NCBI GenBank assembly: GCA_973895155.1
Contig: OZ316892.1
Span: 15,368,861 to 15,432,860, forward strand
Origin: Marsupella aquatica
Lineage: Eukaryota > Plantae > Marchantiophyta
Direction of reading: 5' to 3'
Length of the DNA stretch: 64,000 bases
The number at the start of each line of letters is the position of its first letter. The stretch's first letter is position 1. The position numbers and the translations under genes were made by a program. Below are positions 1 through 10,754 of this stretch, in pieces. The notes below the pieces were generated by a model. The model ran no database searches. It was not told the origin of the DNA and saw only the letters and a list, made by a program, of their open reading frames with translations.

Positions 1-1693
1 CATAGGGTCTCAAAAGGGGACGTTTTCTTCCAGTGCCCTGTACCTTGTATATTAGTCTCGGAGTCCTTACCACCACTTGCACCAGCACCACCAGCCATTG
101 CACCACAGATTGTACTATTAGAGTCGGTACCAGTAGCAACAGCACGACCACCACCAACAGCCCCTGCACCACAGATTGTAAGTCATTCAATTGCAATCTA
201 GTCTAAATACTTAAACCCCAATGTTTTTGCACTCCCCTAAGCATTCATTTCATATATTGTAGGGACAAAGACAAAGGGGAAGGGGTGTACCACTGGAGTC
301 CCCATCCCCAGTACAAAAAGCAGCACCATCCCCTCCAATGTCAACAAACCCCTTCCAGGTTTGCCTTGTGTTTTTTGTAAAAACATATGTTTGCAATGCT
401 TTGCAATGTTTGAATACAGTTGCCTCATTGTCTTTGCCGTGCACTGAAATTTCTTCATTCTAGAGACGGAGCGGAAGGGCAAGTGGAGGGGTTGTAGCAG
501 TGGAATCACCAGCACCAGCCCTCGCACCACGGATTGTAAGTCTCATAAGTGCTTACTTGGAAGTTGTGCAATTGCAATCTAGTCTGAATACTTCAACCTC
601 AATGTCTTTTCACTCCTAGGTTTGCCTTTGTGTTTTCGGTAAAAACATTTGTTTGCAATGCTTTGCAATGTCTGAATACATCTACCTCATTGTCTTTGGT
701 GTGCACTGCAATGTCTTCATTCTAGAGACGAAGTGGAAGGGCTCCTGGAGGGGTTGTAGCAGTGGAATCACCAGCACCAGCCCTCGCACCACAGATTGTA
801 AGTCTCAAAAGCGCTTACTTGGAAGTTTGAATACATCACCCTAATTGTCTTCTGCGTGCACTACAATTTCTTCATTCTAGCCCGTGCACGGGAAAGAAAT
901 TTGATATTTGGTTTGCCTTCTTGCACAAGGCCACATTCCTTTCTATTCATATTACTTTGCAGGGGTTAAATACACAACCCTCAGTGTATTCAAGTCACTT
1001 AATGATATTCTCCATTGTAGAGAGGAAGTAGAAGGGGAAGGGGTGTATCAGCGGTGCCCCCAAAACCAGCAGCTTCACCAGCACCGACAAGCAACCCCTC
1101 CCAGGTATGTCTTCATGTACCAGGCTAATTTCCTTATCAACCTGCTTTGCAGGGAGTGAATACACAACCCTCACTGTCTTCTATGTCAATTAATAATTTT
1201 GTTCATTGTAGGGAGGAAGACAAAGGGGAAGGGATGTGTCAGCAATGTCCTCAGCACCAGTGGCACTAGCAATCCCAGTACTAGCAACCAATCCCTCCAA
1301 GGTATGCCTTTGTGTCTTAGGCCACATAATTGAATTCCTTCTCATCAGCGGTGTCCAACTGTTGAGTAATGTAAATACCTCATTGTCAATGTCTTTTGAT
1401 GTTGCTTTGGATTGTAGGAAGGGCAACAACGGGAAAAAGCAAGCAAAAGGCAAAAAGGAAAGGGAAATTTGGTGGAGCAATCCCTTGCACCTGCCCCAAC
1501 CCCTATCCCAACAAATGAACACTCAGCCCTTGCCCCTGTAACAACACCAATACATGCACCTGCCGATATCCCTGGACCACCACTAGCACATGCCCCTACA
1601 CCAGGACCAGCAGAAGCACCAGGACCAGCAGAAGCACCAGCCCCTATACCAGTGCCAACACCAGGCCCTGCACCGGCTACGAACTCCTCAAAG
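1..1693 (+). CDS. Partial multi-exon gene of repeated phase-0 exons (basic RGR head + Pro/Ala-rich tail); probable transposon accessory gene; 5' part outside window
   Basis: AG/GT-bounded, stop-free exons with lengths divisible by 3: <1-177, 263-358 (GQRQRGRGVPLESPSP..NPFQ), 464-535 (RRSGRASGGVVAVESPAPALAPRI), 726-797, 1021-1104 (RGSRRGRGVSAVPP..NPSQ), 1212-1301, 1418-1693 (..ATNSSK). Possible last exon 1791-1847. Introns also resemble each other. Confidence 0.55.
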
Positions 1694-1964
1694 GTATGCC
1701 TAAGGGTGCAGCAGCAAAATTCCTCTGCTTCATTGTGGAATGTGAATACCTCTTTGTCCATGTATTCTAATGTCTTCAGATACAATGTAGCTTCATTGGA
1801 AGGCAAGGAGGCCCATGATACATCTACACTACAAGGTCACAACTTGACTTGCAACTTGTACTGGAAACATTTATGAATAAAAAGCAAGTTGCATTCACTA
1901 TGTTTGATCTAATGTATAAAAGTTATTCATTCTGCTGGATACTACCTTCAGTTTGCACCTTCAG

Positions 1965-2643
1965 TTTTGGAAGACATTGTCCACATTGTCTTCGCACCAC
2001 ACTTAGCCATTTTTCCAACAACATGATATTTTGCGTCAAGAGGCCATTTGAGCAGGGGTAAATGGTGGATGTTGTGGGTTTTGGAAGACATTGTCCATAT
2101 TGTCTTCACACCACACTTAGCCATTTTTCCAACGACATGATATTTTGCGTCAAGAGGCCATTTGAGCAGGGGTAAATGGTGGATGTTGTGGGTTTTGGAA
2201 GACATTGTCCATATTGTCTTCGCACCACACTTAGCCATTTTTCCAACGACATGATATTTTGCGTCAAGAGGCCATTTGAGCAGGGGTAAATGGTGGATGT
2301 TGTGGGTTTTGGAAGACATTGTCCATATTGTCTTCGCACCACACTTAGCCATTTTTCCAACGACATGATATTTTGCGTCAAGAGGCCATTTGAGCAGGGG
2401 TAAATGGTGGATGTAGTGGGTTTTGGAAGACATTGTCCATATTGTCTTCGCACCACACTTAGCCATTTTTCCAACGACATGATATTTTGCGTCAAGAGGT
2501 CATTTGAGCAGGGGTAAATGGTGGATGTTGTGGGTTTTGGAAGACATTGTCCATATTGTCTTCGCACCACACTTAGCCATTTTTCCAACGACATGATATT
2601 TTGCGTCAAGAGGTCATTTGAGCAGGGGTAAATGGTGGATGTT
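1965..2643. repeat. 114-bp tandem array, left part (~6 units)
   Basis: aagacattgtcc recurs at 1971, 2085, 2199 etc. (period 114); units nearly identical; each contains GAAGACA-N10-TGTCTTC. Confidence 0.97.
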
Positions 2644-3064
2644 TGTTGGGTATTTACTCTTACGTCTAGGTTAGGTATGACGTGGTTGGTACAACAACGT
2701 GGGTTGGTACAACTACGTGGTTAGGTACAACTACGTGATTAGGTACAACTATGTGGTTAGGTACAACTACGTGATTAGGTACAACTATGTGGTTAGGTAC
2801 AACTAAGTTGCACACTATATCATAAGAGGCATGTGTGCTTGGAGAGGTAGAACCAAGGCTCATTGTTATGGAGCCACTTGAGAGATAGGGAGAGCTTACA
2901 CTGTGGAGACTCGGTATAGCCGACGGGCTTAGAGTTCAGTAAAGCTCTCTTGTGTGTTCCCGTGGACGTAGCCTCAAGGAGGTGAACCACGTATCTCTTG
3001 TGTCGACTATTGTGCGTTGGATGGTTCATGGGCTTGCCGTTGCGATCGTCGTCTATGCTCAACA
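2644..3064 (+). repeat. Copia 5' LTR (421 bp) with ~7 copies of an 18-bp repeat (gtggttaggtacaactac)
   Basis: TGTTGGG...CTCAACA; direct repeat of 8718-9138. Confidence 0.97.
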
Positions 3065-3066
3065 AT

Positions 3067-3078
3067 TGGTATCAGAGC
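3067..3078 (+). promoter_or_regulatory. Primer-binding site, tRNA-iMet
   Basis: TGGTATCAGAGC 2 nt after the LTR end. Confidence 0.95.
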
Positions 3079-4218
3079 ATGCTTGGGAGGTGACGTGTGT
3101 TCGTGACGGGATTTCATGACGGTTTTTCCAGCGTTGAGTGTTGGTGGATTATCCAGAGTTCCATCGCATGGAACTTGGAGTTTATGGGCTCAACGGATAG
3201 ATCAGGGCAAGAGCTTTCTAACGGTGTGAAGAAATCGTTGAACGGAGCTCGTGGTGCAGAGAGATCTAAGTTTTCGTTGTTCTGGATTTTGTGAAGAAAG
3301 TTGGCAATCGACTCGGAGGGAGAAGCGTCAAGTGTTTTGACTCAACGGAGAGATTGAGGCAAGACGATTGTTTTTGAGTCCGGGATTGGCTCTTTGATGC
3401 AAAGAGGAAGGCTAAGCAAAATCAATTACCTTGTTGGACTTGGTGACGGCACCAAGTGCAATTGATCAACATTCGTTGTTGACAAGGTACCATTTTTTTC
3501 TCTTTGAAAAACTGATTCGAAATTGGCTATGGCAATTGAGAGAAATCTGTCATCTTTACCAATTTTTTTCTCCCTCGTTCTTTCCTCGTTTTGGGTGCTT
3601 CTTATATCGATCTTCATCGCCTCGGAGTCTAGTTTCCAAATCTGAAATCGGATCTTGATTTCGTCAAAACCCGAGTGAGATATCTTGCGTTTGGTGTCGA
3701 GGGGTACATTCTGCCGTGTGTATTTTCTGCGCGCGCGACCAGATTTCGACGACGAAGGGTGGTAGGGGGTTTTGGGGGTTCGAGGACACATGTCAGCCCC
3801 TCGATTGTTCTTCCAAAATTCCCACAGGGCCTGTACAAGGGTCATAGAATATTCCAAAAAACCAGAGAGCTATTTTTTGACCGTCCGACAAAGATTTCAT
3901 CCGCCGAACGGTAACTTTTTTGGTTATTTTTCGGCGAGGTCGTAGCCATTGAAGTTGGCAATGCAGCGCACCAATCACATCGCAATTCCGACAACGGGTT
4001 GTACTTGGTATTTCGGTTATTCCCTGAGGTGGTCAAAACGGGGGAGTTTCCCAAGGTTTTACCCACCTCGACCGAAATTTGAATAACTTTTCCGTCAAAT
4101 TTCGATTTTGATTTCGGTTTTCAGTATTGGACTCCTAGCTTTGTGGGCTACGCGGCGGTGTTGAGTTTCGAGTTTTTTGAGAAGTTGTGAAAAACAACAT
4201 TTTTTGTGACTTTCTCAT

Positions 4219-5253
4219 ATGAGTGATTCGGAGGAGTTTTTCGAAGACGTGGAACTTGAAGCACGAGGGTCACCGCGGAGGTTTCAGGGGCAGAGAGAGG
4301 AGCAGGAGGAAGAGCACGTGACACCGATACCATCACCGGTGCGGCGTGTGGTGGAGGAAGCAGTACTACTACCGGAGCTCACGGTAAAGAAGAAGATGGG
4401 GACTTTCAAGCTTGGGGGACCCAAGTATGAAGTGACAAAGTATGATGGGCGCTCTGACTACTTGCTATGGGAGAAGCAGGTGAAGGGAGTGCTTTATGCG
4501 TCAGGGATGGGCCAACTGCTGAGCCCTCGTGAAGACGATGTTGATGAGAAACAATGGGACCGCATGCAGGAGCAGGGAGTGTGGTGTGTTACACTCTATC
4601 TCATGCCTCCCATCATCAAGCAGTTGGGTGCACATAAGGATTGCATGTCCTTATTTGCGGAATTGCAGAGCAAGTATCACCGCAAGGAGTTGTCGAACCG
4701 GCTCTACACTTCCTACAAACTGATGAGTTTCAGGATGAAGGAATCTGGTACGAAGTTGCAAGACCATGTGGATGCTTTCAACGACATGGTCGTTGACTTG
4801 GAAAACCTTGGGGAGACTTTGAATGATGAGACGAAGGCTCTGCAGCTTCTTAGTTCATTGCCTCCATCTTACCAGTCCCTATCACGAGTGTTGTTGCATC
4901 GTGATAGGGATACCATTTCATACAATGACGTGGTAAGTTCTTTGCTTAGTGATGATCTTCAGCAGAAGATGCACATCACGTCACAGCCTTCATCATCTGG
5001 TGCTGCCCTCAATGTTAACCGTGGGAGGAGTATGCAGCGACCAACTGGGGACCGTAGAACCCAGTTTAGATCTAAATCCAGATCTAAGTCCAAGGGTAAA
5101 TCCCCTCAGAGGAGGCAGGTGACATGTTGGAAGTGCAACCAAGTTGGACACTTCAAGCGAGACTGTAAGGGAAAGGCAGCGGAAACTTCATCGGCAAATG
5201 TGGCTAGGGCTGATGGAGAAGCTGATTTACTCAATGATGAGTATGTTTTATGA
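4219..5253 (+). CDS. gag: Copia Gag (UBN2-type capsid region, CCHC zinc knuckle)
   Basis: 344-aa ORF; KYDGRSDYLLW, LLSSLPPSY, CWKCNQVGHFKRDC; ends at in-frame TGA 5251-5253. Confidence 0.93.
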   Translation: MSDSEEFFEDVELEARGSPRRFQGQREEQEEEHVTPIPSPVRRVVEEAVLLPELTVKKKMGTFKLGGPKYEVTKYDGRSDYLLWEKQVKGVLYASGMGQLLSPREDDVDEKQWDRMQEQGVWCVTLYLMPPIIKQLGAHKDCMSLFAELQSKYHRKELSNRLYTSYKLMSFRMKESGTKLQDHVDAFNDMVVDLENLGETLNDETKALQLLSSLPPSYQSLSRVLLHRDRDTISYNDVVSSLLSDDLQQKMHITSQPSSSGAALNVNRGRSMQRPTGDRRTQFRSKSRSKSKGKSPQRRQVTCWKCNQVGHFKRDCKGKAAETSSANVARADGEADLLNDEYVL

Positions 5254-8200
5254 AGCCGGGGGTATGCCCTGTGCACGTCATCTAGGAGAGCAGATGATGT
5301 GTGGATTCTTGATTGTGCTTGCTCTTTTCATATTTGTTACATTCGTGAGTTTTTCAGTTCTTACTCTATTTCAAACGGTTCAGTTCTGATGGGAAATGAT
5401 CACTCCTGTCAAATTGAGGGAATTGGGTTTGTGAAGATTCAAATGTTTGATGGCGCTGTGCGCACAGTGTCCGGAGTCAGGTATGTACCTGGCATGCGTA
5501 AGAATCTGATTTCACTCGGTGTGTTGGATTCAAATGGTCATCAATGGAGCGTTATTGATGGTGAACTTCAAGTCAGGTCGGGAGAGACAGTGATTTTGAA
5601 GGGGAGTAGACAAAAGAATTTGTATGTGTTACAGGGCAATACTGTATGTGGAGAGGCCAATGTAACCAAGTCTCACGAGGAGATGACTCAACTGTGGCAT
5701 TCACGGCTAGGCCACATGAGTGAGAAGGGTTTGGCTATCTTACGGAAGAATGGACTCATTTCTGATTTGCAATCTTGTAAATTAGAGTTTTGTGAGCATT
5801 GCATTCTTGGAAAGCAGCATCGTCGTGCTTTTGGTGTTGGAACTCATCGTTCCAAAGCGGTTCTTGAGTACATACATAGTGACGTGTGGGGTCCATCCCC
5901 GACTCCCTCACACTCTGGAAAGTTGTACTATGTATCATTTATTGATGATTACTCAAGATTTGTGTGGATTTATTTCATGACGCATAAGTCTGATGTCTTG
6001 TCCATTTTTAAGAAATGGAAGGCCCAGGTGGAGAATCAGACTGGAAACACGATCAAGTGTTTTGATACAAGGGTGAAGAGTTTGAGGTCAGACAACGGCG
6101 GGGAGTACACTTCAATGGAATTTGAAGAGTACTGTTCAGAACAGGGGATAACTCGCCATCTCACCATAGTTTATACTCCGCAGCAGAATGGTGTCGCTGA
6201 GAGGCTCAATCGGACACTGTTGGAGCGGTCACGGAGTATGTTGAGCCAATCAGGTTTACCACAAGAATTTTGGGCAGAAGCTGTCAATACCGCAGCTTAT
6301 TTGGTAAATCTTTCTCCTTCTAGTGCTATCAATTTCAAAACGCCGTTTGAGATGCGCTATAAGCGGCAAGCAGACTATCATGGCTTGGTAATTTTTGGAA
6401 GTGATGCATATGCTCTCACACCAAAGCAGAATAGGACCAAGTTGGATCCTACCTCCAGGAAATGTGTTTTTCTTGGGTACCAGAGTGGTGTGAAAGCCTA
6501 TAGGCTATGGGATCCTATTGCCTGTAAGCTCGTTGTCAGTAGGGATGTTTCCTTCAATGAATCCAGATTATTGAAGGAGGGGGAGAATACTCAGATCTCC
6601 CGTACTGACAAAGGAAAATCTCCTATCCCGGATCTCGTTGAGGGGGAGATTGGTTATGAGGTGCATGACCGGAGAGAAGGAGTTGCTCCAATTATGGAGC
6701 TGGTTCCTGTGCCAGAGGAACCAGAGGAGTTTGTTGATGCTGGTGAGCAACAAGTGGATGCTGTTGAGCTTCAAATTGTACCAGCACACGCAGATCAACC
6801 GGAGTCATCGGCTAGAAGAACATCTGGTCGCACTGTACGCGCTCCATCAAGGTATGGACAGTGGGTTGATTCATCTCAACTGCAAGAGGATGATTTTACA
6901 GCTGATGATGAGGGTGATGCGTTAATTTTGGAAGAAGGAGAACCTTCTTCATTTCATGAGGCAAGTGCTTCAAAAGAGAAGCAGAAGTGGACTGCAGGAA
7001 TGCAAACGGAGATGCAGTCACTAAAGGACAACAAAACTTGGGAGCTTGTTAAGCTGCCTAAGGGTCAGCAAGTGGTGGACAGCAAGTGGATTTACAAGCT
7101 GAAGGATAATTCCATAGGAGGTGGATCGAAGGTCTACAAGGCTAGATTGGTAGCAAAGGGATTCACACAAGAGAAAGGTGTGGATTACAATGAGGTCTTC
7201 TCACCAGTTGCTAAGTACTCTACAATACGACTATTGTGTGTACTTGTTGTAATGTTTGGTCTGCTCCTAGATCAGATGGATGTTGTCACAGCTTTCCTCT
7301 ATGGCACATTGGAAGAGGTGATCTTCATGAGACAACCGCTAGGTTTTGTGAAGAGAGGATAGGAGGAATTGGTTTGCAGATTGCTGAAATCCTTGTATGG
7401 GTTGAAGCAGTCACCAAGACAGTGGAACAAGCGGTTTGACAATTGGATTCGGTCACAAGGTTTTCACAGAAGTGTATTTGACCCTTGTGTGTATTTGAAA
7501 CCGGTGAAGAATGTTGTCTTTGGGTTCATTGTTTTAGTACTTTATGTGGATGACATGCTAATTGCAGCCAAGGATAGGTCTGAGATTGTTAAGCTCAAGG
7601 CACTGCTTAGTGCAGAGTTTAAGATGAAGGACTTAGGGCCAGCTAAGAGGATTTTGGGTATGAAGATCACTAGGGACTTGGAGGCTGGCAAGCTATGGTT
7701 GACGCAGAGCAGTTATGCGAGGAAGGTAATTGCAAGGTTCAACATGGAGAATAGCAAGCCAGTAAATACCCCGTTGGCTCCACACTTCAAGTTATCATCA
7801 GCGTTCTGTTCTACGGATGACACAGAGAAGGGGTTGATGTCAAAGGTTCCATATGACAAGGCAGTGGGGAGTCTCATGTATTTGATGACTTGCACTAGAC
7901 CTGATCTTGCCATGGCTATGGGCAAGGTGAGCAGGTACATGTCGAATCCAGGGAAGGTACACTGGGAAGCAGTGAAGTGGATTATCAGGTACTTGAAGGG
8001 TACCGTGGATCATGGTCTTTTATTTGATGCGAATGCAAAGAATGCTAGATCATTGATTGGCTATGTAGATTCTGACTATGGACAAGATTTGGACCGAAGG
8101 AGATCAACAACAGGATACGTGTTCACACTTGGCGGTGGATGCATAAGTTGGAGGTCTACTTTGCAGAAGTGTATTGCTCAGTCTACTACAGAAGCGGAGT

Positions 8201-8526
8201 ATGTTGCAGCTGCGGAAGCAGCAAAGGAAGCGATTTGGTTGGATAGACTTATCACTGAAATGGGATTGCCACAGGGGAATGTGAAGCTCCATTGTGATAG
8301 TCAAAGTGCGCTCCACCTTGCTGTGAACCAGGTGATGGACAGCAAAGTGAAGCACATTGACGTCAGGTACTATTTTATCAGGCAGACTGTGTCTGATAAT
8401 TTGTTTGAGCTAGTCAAGATTGATGGTAAACTCAACCCGGCTGACGCATTTACCAAAGTGATTCCTTTGGAGAGTTTCTCTAGACACCGTGACGTATTGC
8501 AGGTTTTGCAATTGCATCACAAGTAG
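5254..8526 (+). CDS. pol: Copia Pol (protease, integrase, RT, RNase H), in frame with gag, one premature TAG at 7360-7362
   Basis: WILDCAC (PR); WHSRLGH..CEHC, HSDVWGP, LRSDNGGEY, QNGVAER (IN); KARLVAKG, LYGLKQSPRQW, LYVDDM (RT); YVDSDY, CDSQSA, KHIDVRY (RH). Confidence 0.95.
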
Positions 8527-8717
8527 AGTTTTCTTAAACATTCATTGTAATTACTGATATATGCTCTTCCTCATTCCTATGTATTAGGCTACGGCTTAGT
8601 TCTGGTTTGCTCTAGTTAGAGAGGGAAACCGGTTTGATTTCTGTCCAGAACTTCCCGCTGAGGGATCATATACATTGGCAGTATTACTCTCCCCTAGACC
8701 AGAGTCAAGGGGAAGAT

Positions 8718-9138
8718 TGTTGGGTATTTACTCTTACGTCTAGGTTAGGTATGACGTGGTTGGTACAACAACGTGGGTTGGTACAACTACGTGGTTAGGT
8801 ACAACTACGTGATTAGGTACAACTATGTGGTTAGGTACAACTACGTGATTAGGTACAACTATGTGGTTAGGTACAACTAAGTTGCACACTATATCATAAG
8901 AGGCATGTGTGCTTGGAGAGGTAGAACCAAGGCTCATTGTTATGGAGCCACTTGAGAGATAGGGAGAGCTTACACTGTGGAGACTCGGTATAGCCGACGG
9001 GCTTAGAGTTCAGTAAAGCTCTCTTGTGTGTTCCCGTGGACGTAGCCTCAAGGAGGTGAACCACGTATCTCTTGTGTCGACTATTGTGCGTTGGATGGTT
9101 CATGGGCTTGCCGTTGCGATCGTCGTCTATGCTCAACA
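8718..9138 (+). repeat. Copia 3' LTR (421 bp)
   Basis: Follows PPT aaggggaagat; no differences from the 5' LTR noticed by eye. Confidence 0.97.
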
Positions 9139-9530
9139 ATGTTGTGGGTTTTGGAAGACATTGTCCATATTGTCTTCGCACCACACTTAGCCATTTTTCC
9201 AACGACATGATATTTTGCGTCAAGAGGCCATTTGAGCAGGGGTAAATGGTGGATGTAGTGGGTTTTGGAAGACATTGTCCATATTGTCTTCGCACCACAC
9301 TTAGCCATTTTTCCAACGACAGGATATTTTGCGTCAAGAGGCCATTTGAGCAGGGGTAAATGGTGGATGTTGTGGGTTTTGGAAGACATTGTCCATATTG
9401 TCTTTGCACCACACTTAGCCATTTTTCCAATGACATGATATTTTGCTTCAAGAAGCCATTTGAGCAGGGGTAAATGTTTGCCAACGACAGGATATTCTGC
9501 TTCAAGAAGAAATTTGAGCGGGGGTACGTA
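9139..9530. repeat. 114-bp tandem array, right part (~3.5 units, degenerating rightwards)
   Basis: Resumes in register after the copia TSD. Confidence 0.95.
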
Positions 9531-9726
9531 AATGGCGAACACTAGTCTGTGGTTTCACAGAAGATGCACGTGAGAACTGCAAAATAGTTTCAAAATTTGT
9601 ATAACATCTCAAAATTGTTGGAGTACAATGCTGTTGCAGACTTTAATGTCTGCAACTGAAGCAAAATTGCAATTGCTACTTCCTATGAGCTATTATTTGA
9701 ACTTGTTACCATTGTGCCAGTGTAAA

Positions 9727-10446
9727 CTAAGTCAAGAGCTCATTGCTACAAAATACTTCCCCACAACAGGTGCACCTAAATACTTCATGCCCAAACTCAT
9801 CTACTCCAAGCAACTCAACATTAACTCTATGACCATTTGCTTTGATAGGAGCCCTCCATTGTGCACCCATTGCACTGAATTGTCGTTGAAGCCATGCCTC
9901 TACCTCAGAATGGGACCTAAAAGACTTGTGACTAGCTCCATTGAATCCGCTCACCTGGCATTCTGCCTCCTCCCAAGTATGATATATTCCAGGACTGCGC
10001 CCCCTAGCAATGGCATACCATTTTTTCTTTGAGGTAGAGCCTAGATCACAATTGTATGGAAGAGCAATTGACTTAGAGCGAGAGGAGAAAGTTTGTGATT
10101 GTAATTTCACCCTTGTGGCAGGCTGAGTTTGCGCAACGTCAACCAATTGTGCTTGTGAGGCTGACAAAGATGGACCTACATTAGCACCTTGGCGCCGAGC
10201 CAATACAGGTTTTGGTGGCCCAACAACAACCACTACAGGGGAATTGTGACCCTCTAATTTTGATGGCGCAAGGGGAGGCAGCCCATCTCGATTCCACACT
10301 GAAGACAAACACAAAATCCGTTCCAACATGCAATGGAGGAAGAAGAGTAGTGCACTCAAACCTGCAAATACGGTCCATATGGCGAACCCCAATGCCCAAA
10401 ACAACTTAACTACAAAACCAACACTGCCTTCATTGAACTTTGCCAT
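9727..10446 (-). CDS. ORF with N-terminal hydrophobic segment, RNase H1 N-terminal/caulimovirus viroplasmin (Cauli_VI) hybrid-binding domain, and short Cys cluster
   Basis: KKKWYAIARGRSPGIYHTWEEAECQVSGFNGASHKSFRSHSEVEAWL (~9885-10029) fits the YAV..GR.PGIY..W.EC..QV.GF.GA.FK.F....EA..F pattern; C-terminal RCTCCGEVFC; first ATG at 10446; no RNase H catalytic domain. Confidence 0.75.
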   Translation of the reverse strand: MAKFNEGSVGFVVKLFWALGFAIWTVFAGLSALLFFLHCMLERILCLSSVWNRDGLPPLAPSKLEGHNSPVVVVVGPPKPVLARRQGANVGPSLSASQAQLVDVAQTQPATRVKLQSQTFSSRSKSIALPYNCDLGSTSKKKWYAIARGRSPGIYHTWEEAECQVSGFNGASHKSFRSHSEVEAWLQRQFSAMGAQWRAPIKANGHRVNVELLGVDEFGHEVFRCTCCGEVFCSNELLT

Positions 10447-10754
10447 TGCCAAATGGCAATCTTGTCCTTGGCGCTCTTGTTGTCACTCTCCTATCCCTGG
10501 CGCTCTCGCTCTCTCTGACGCTCTTGGGGCGTTGCACAATCTACTCAGACCTCTCTCTTTGGCGCTGCAGTGCTATCCTGTCCGTCCTCTACTACACTGG
10601 TCTCCTAATACCTCCTCCCTTTGTTGTCACTCACGTGGATGACTTCAAAGACTCCGCTTTAGTCCGCTCGCAAAATGCGCACATTCTCCATGGAACACTC
10701 TATGTCGACCAACGGTCCCGCACGCCAATATCATTGCGGAAGTAGATTCAAATT

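Larger units (their letters stand above)
2644..9138 (+). mobile_element. Full-length young Ty1/copia LTR retrotransposon inserted in the 114-bp array
   Basis: TG...CA LTRs 2644-3064 and 8718-9138; 5-bp TSD ATGTT (2639-2643, 9139-9143); PBS; PPT 8701-8717; domain order gag-PR-IN-RT-RH. Confidence 0.98.

Noticed and set aside
1345-1806. Gly/Ala-rich minus-strand ORF
   Set aside because: Antisense shadow of the Pro/Ala-rich plus-strand exon, which has the splice signals.
1948-2609. Minus-strand 38-aa repeat ORFs in the 114-bp array (also 8894-9542)
   Set aside because: A stop-free unit of length divisible by 3 gives long ORFs automatically; two frames are open and neither resembles a known protein.
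2666-2863. VVPNH-repeat ORF (also 8740-8937)
   Set aside because: Translation of the 18-bp repeat inside the copia LTR.
7360-7362. Second programmed readthrough in pol
   Set aside because: Related copies in the window have sense codons here; it is a private mutation in the middle of RT.
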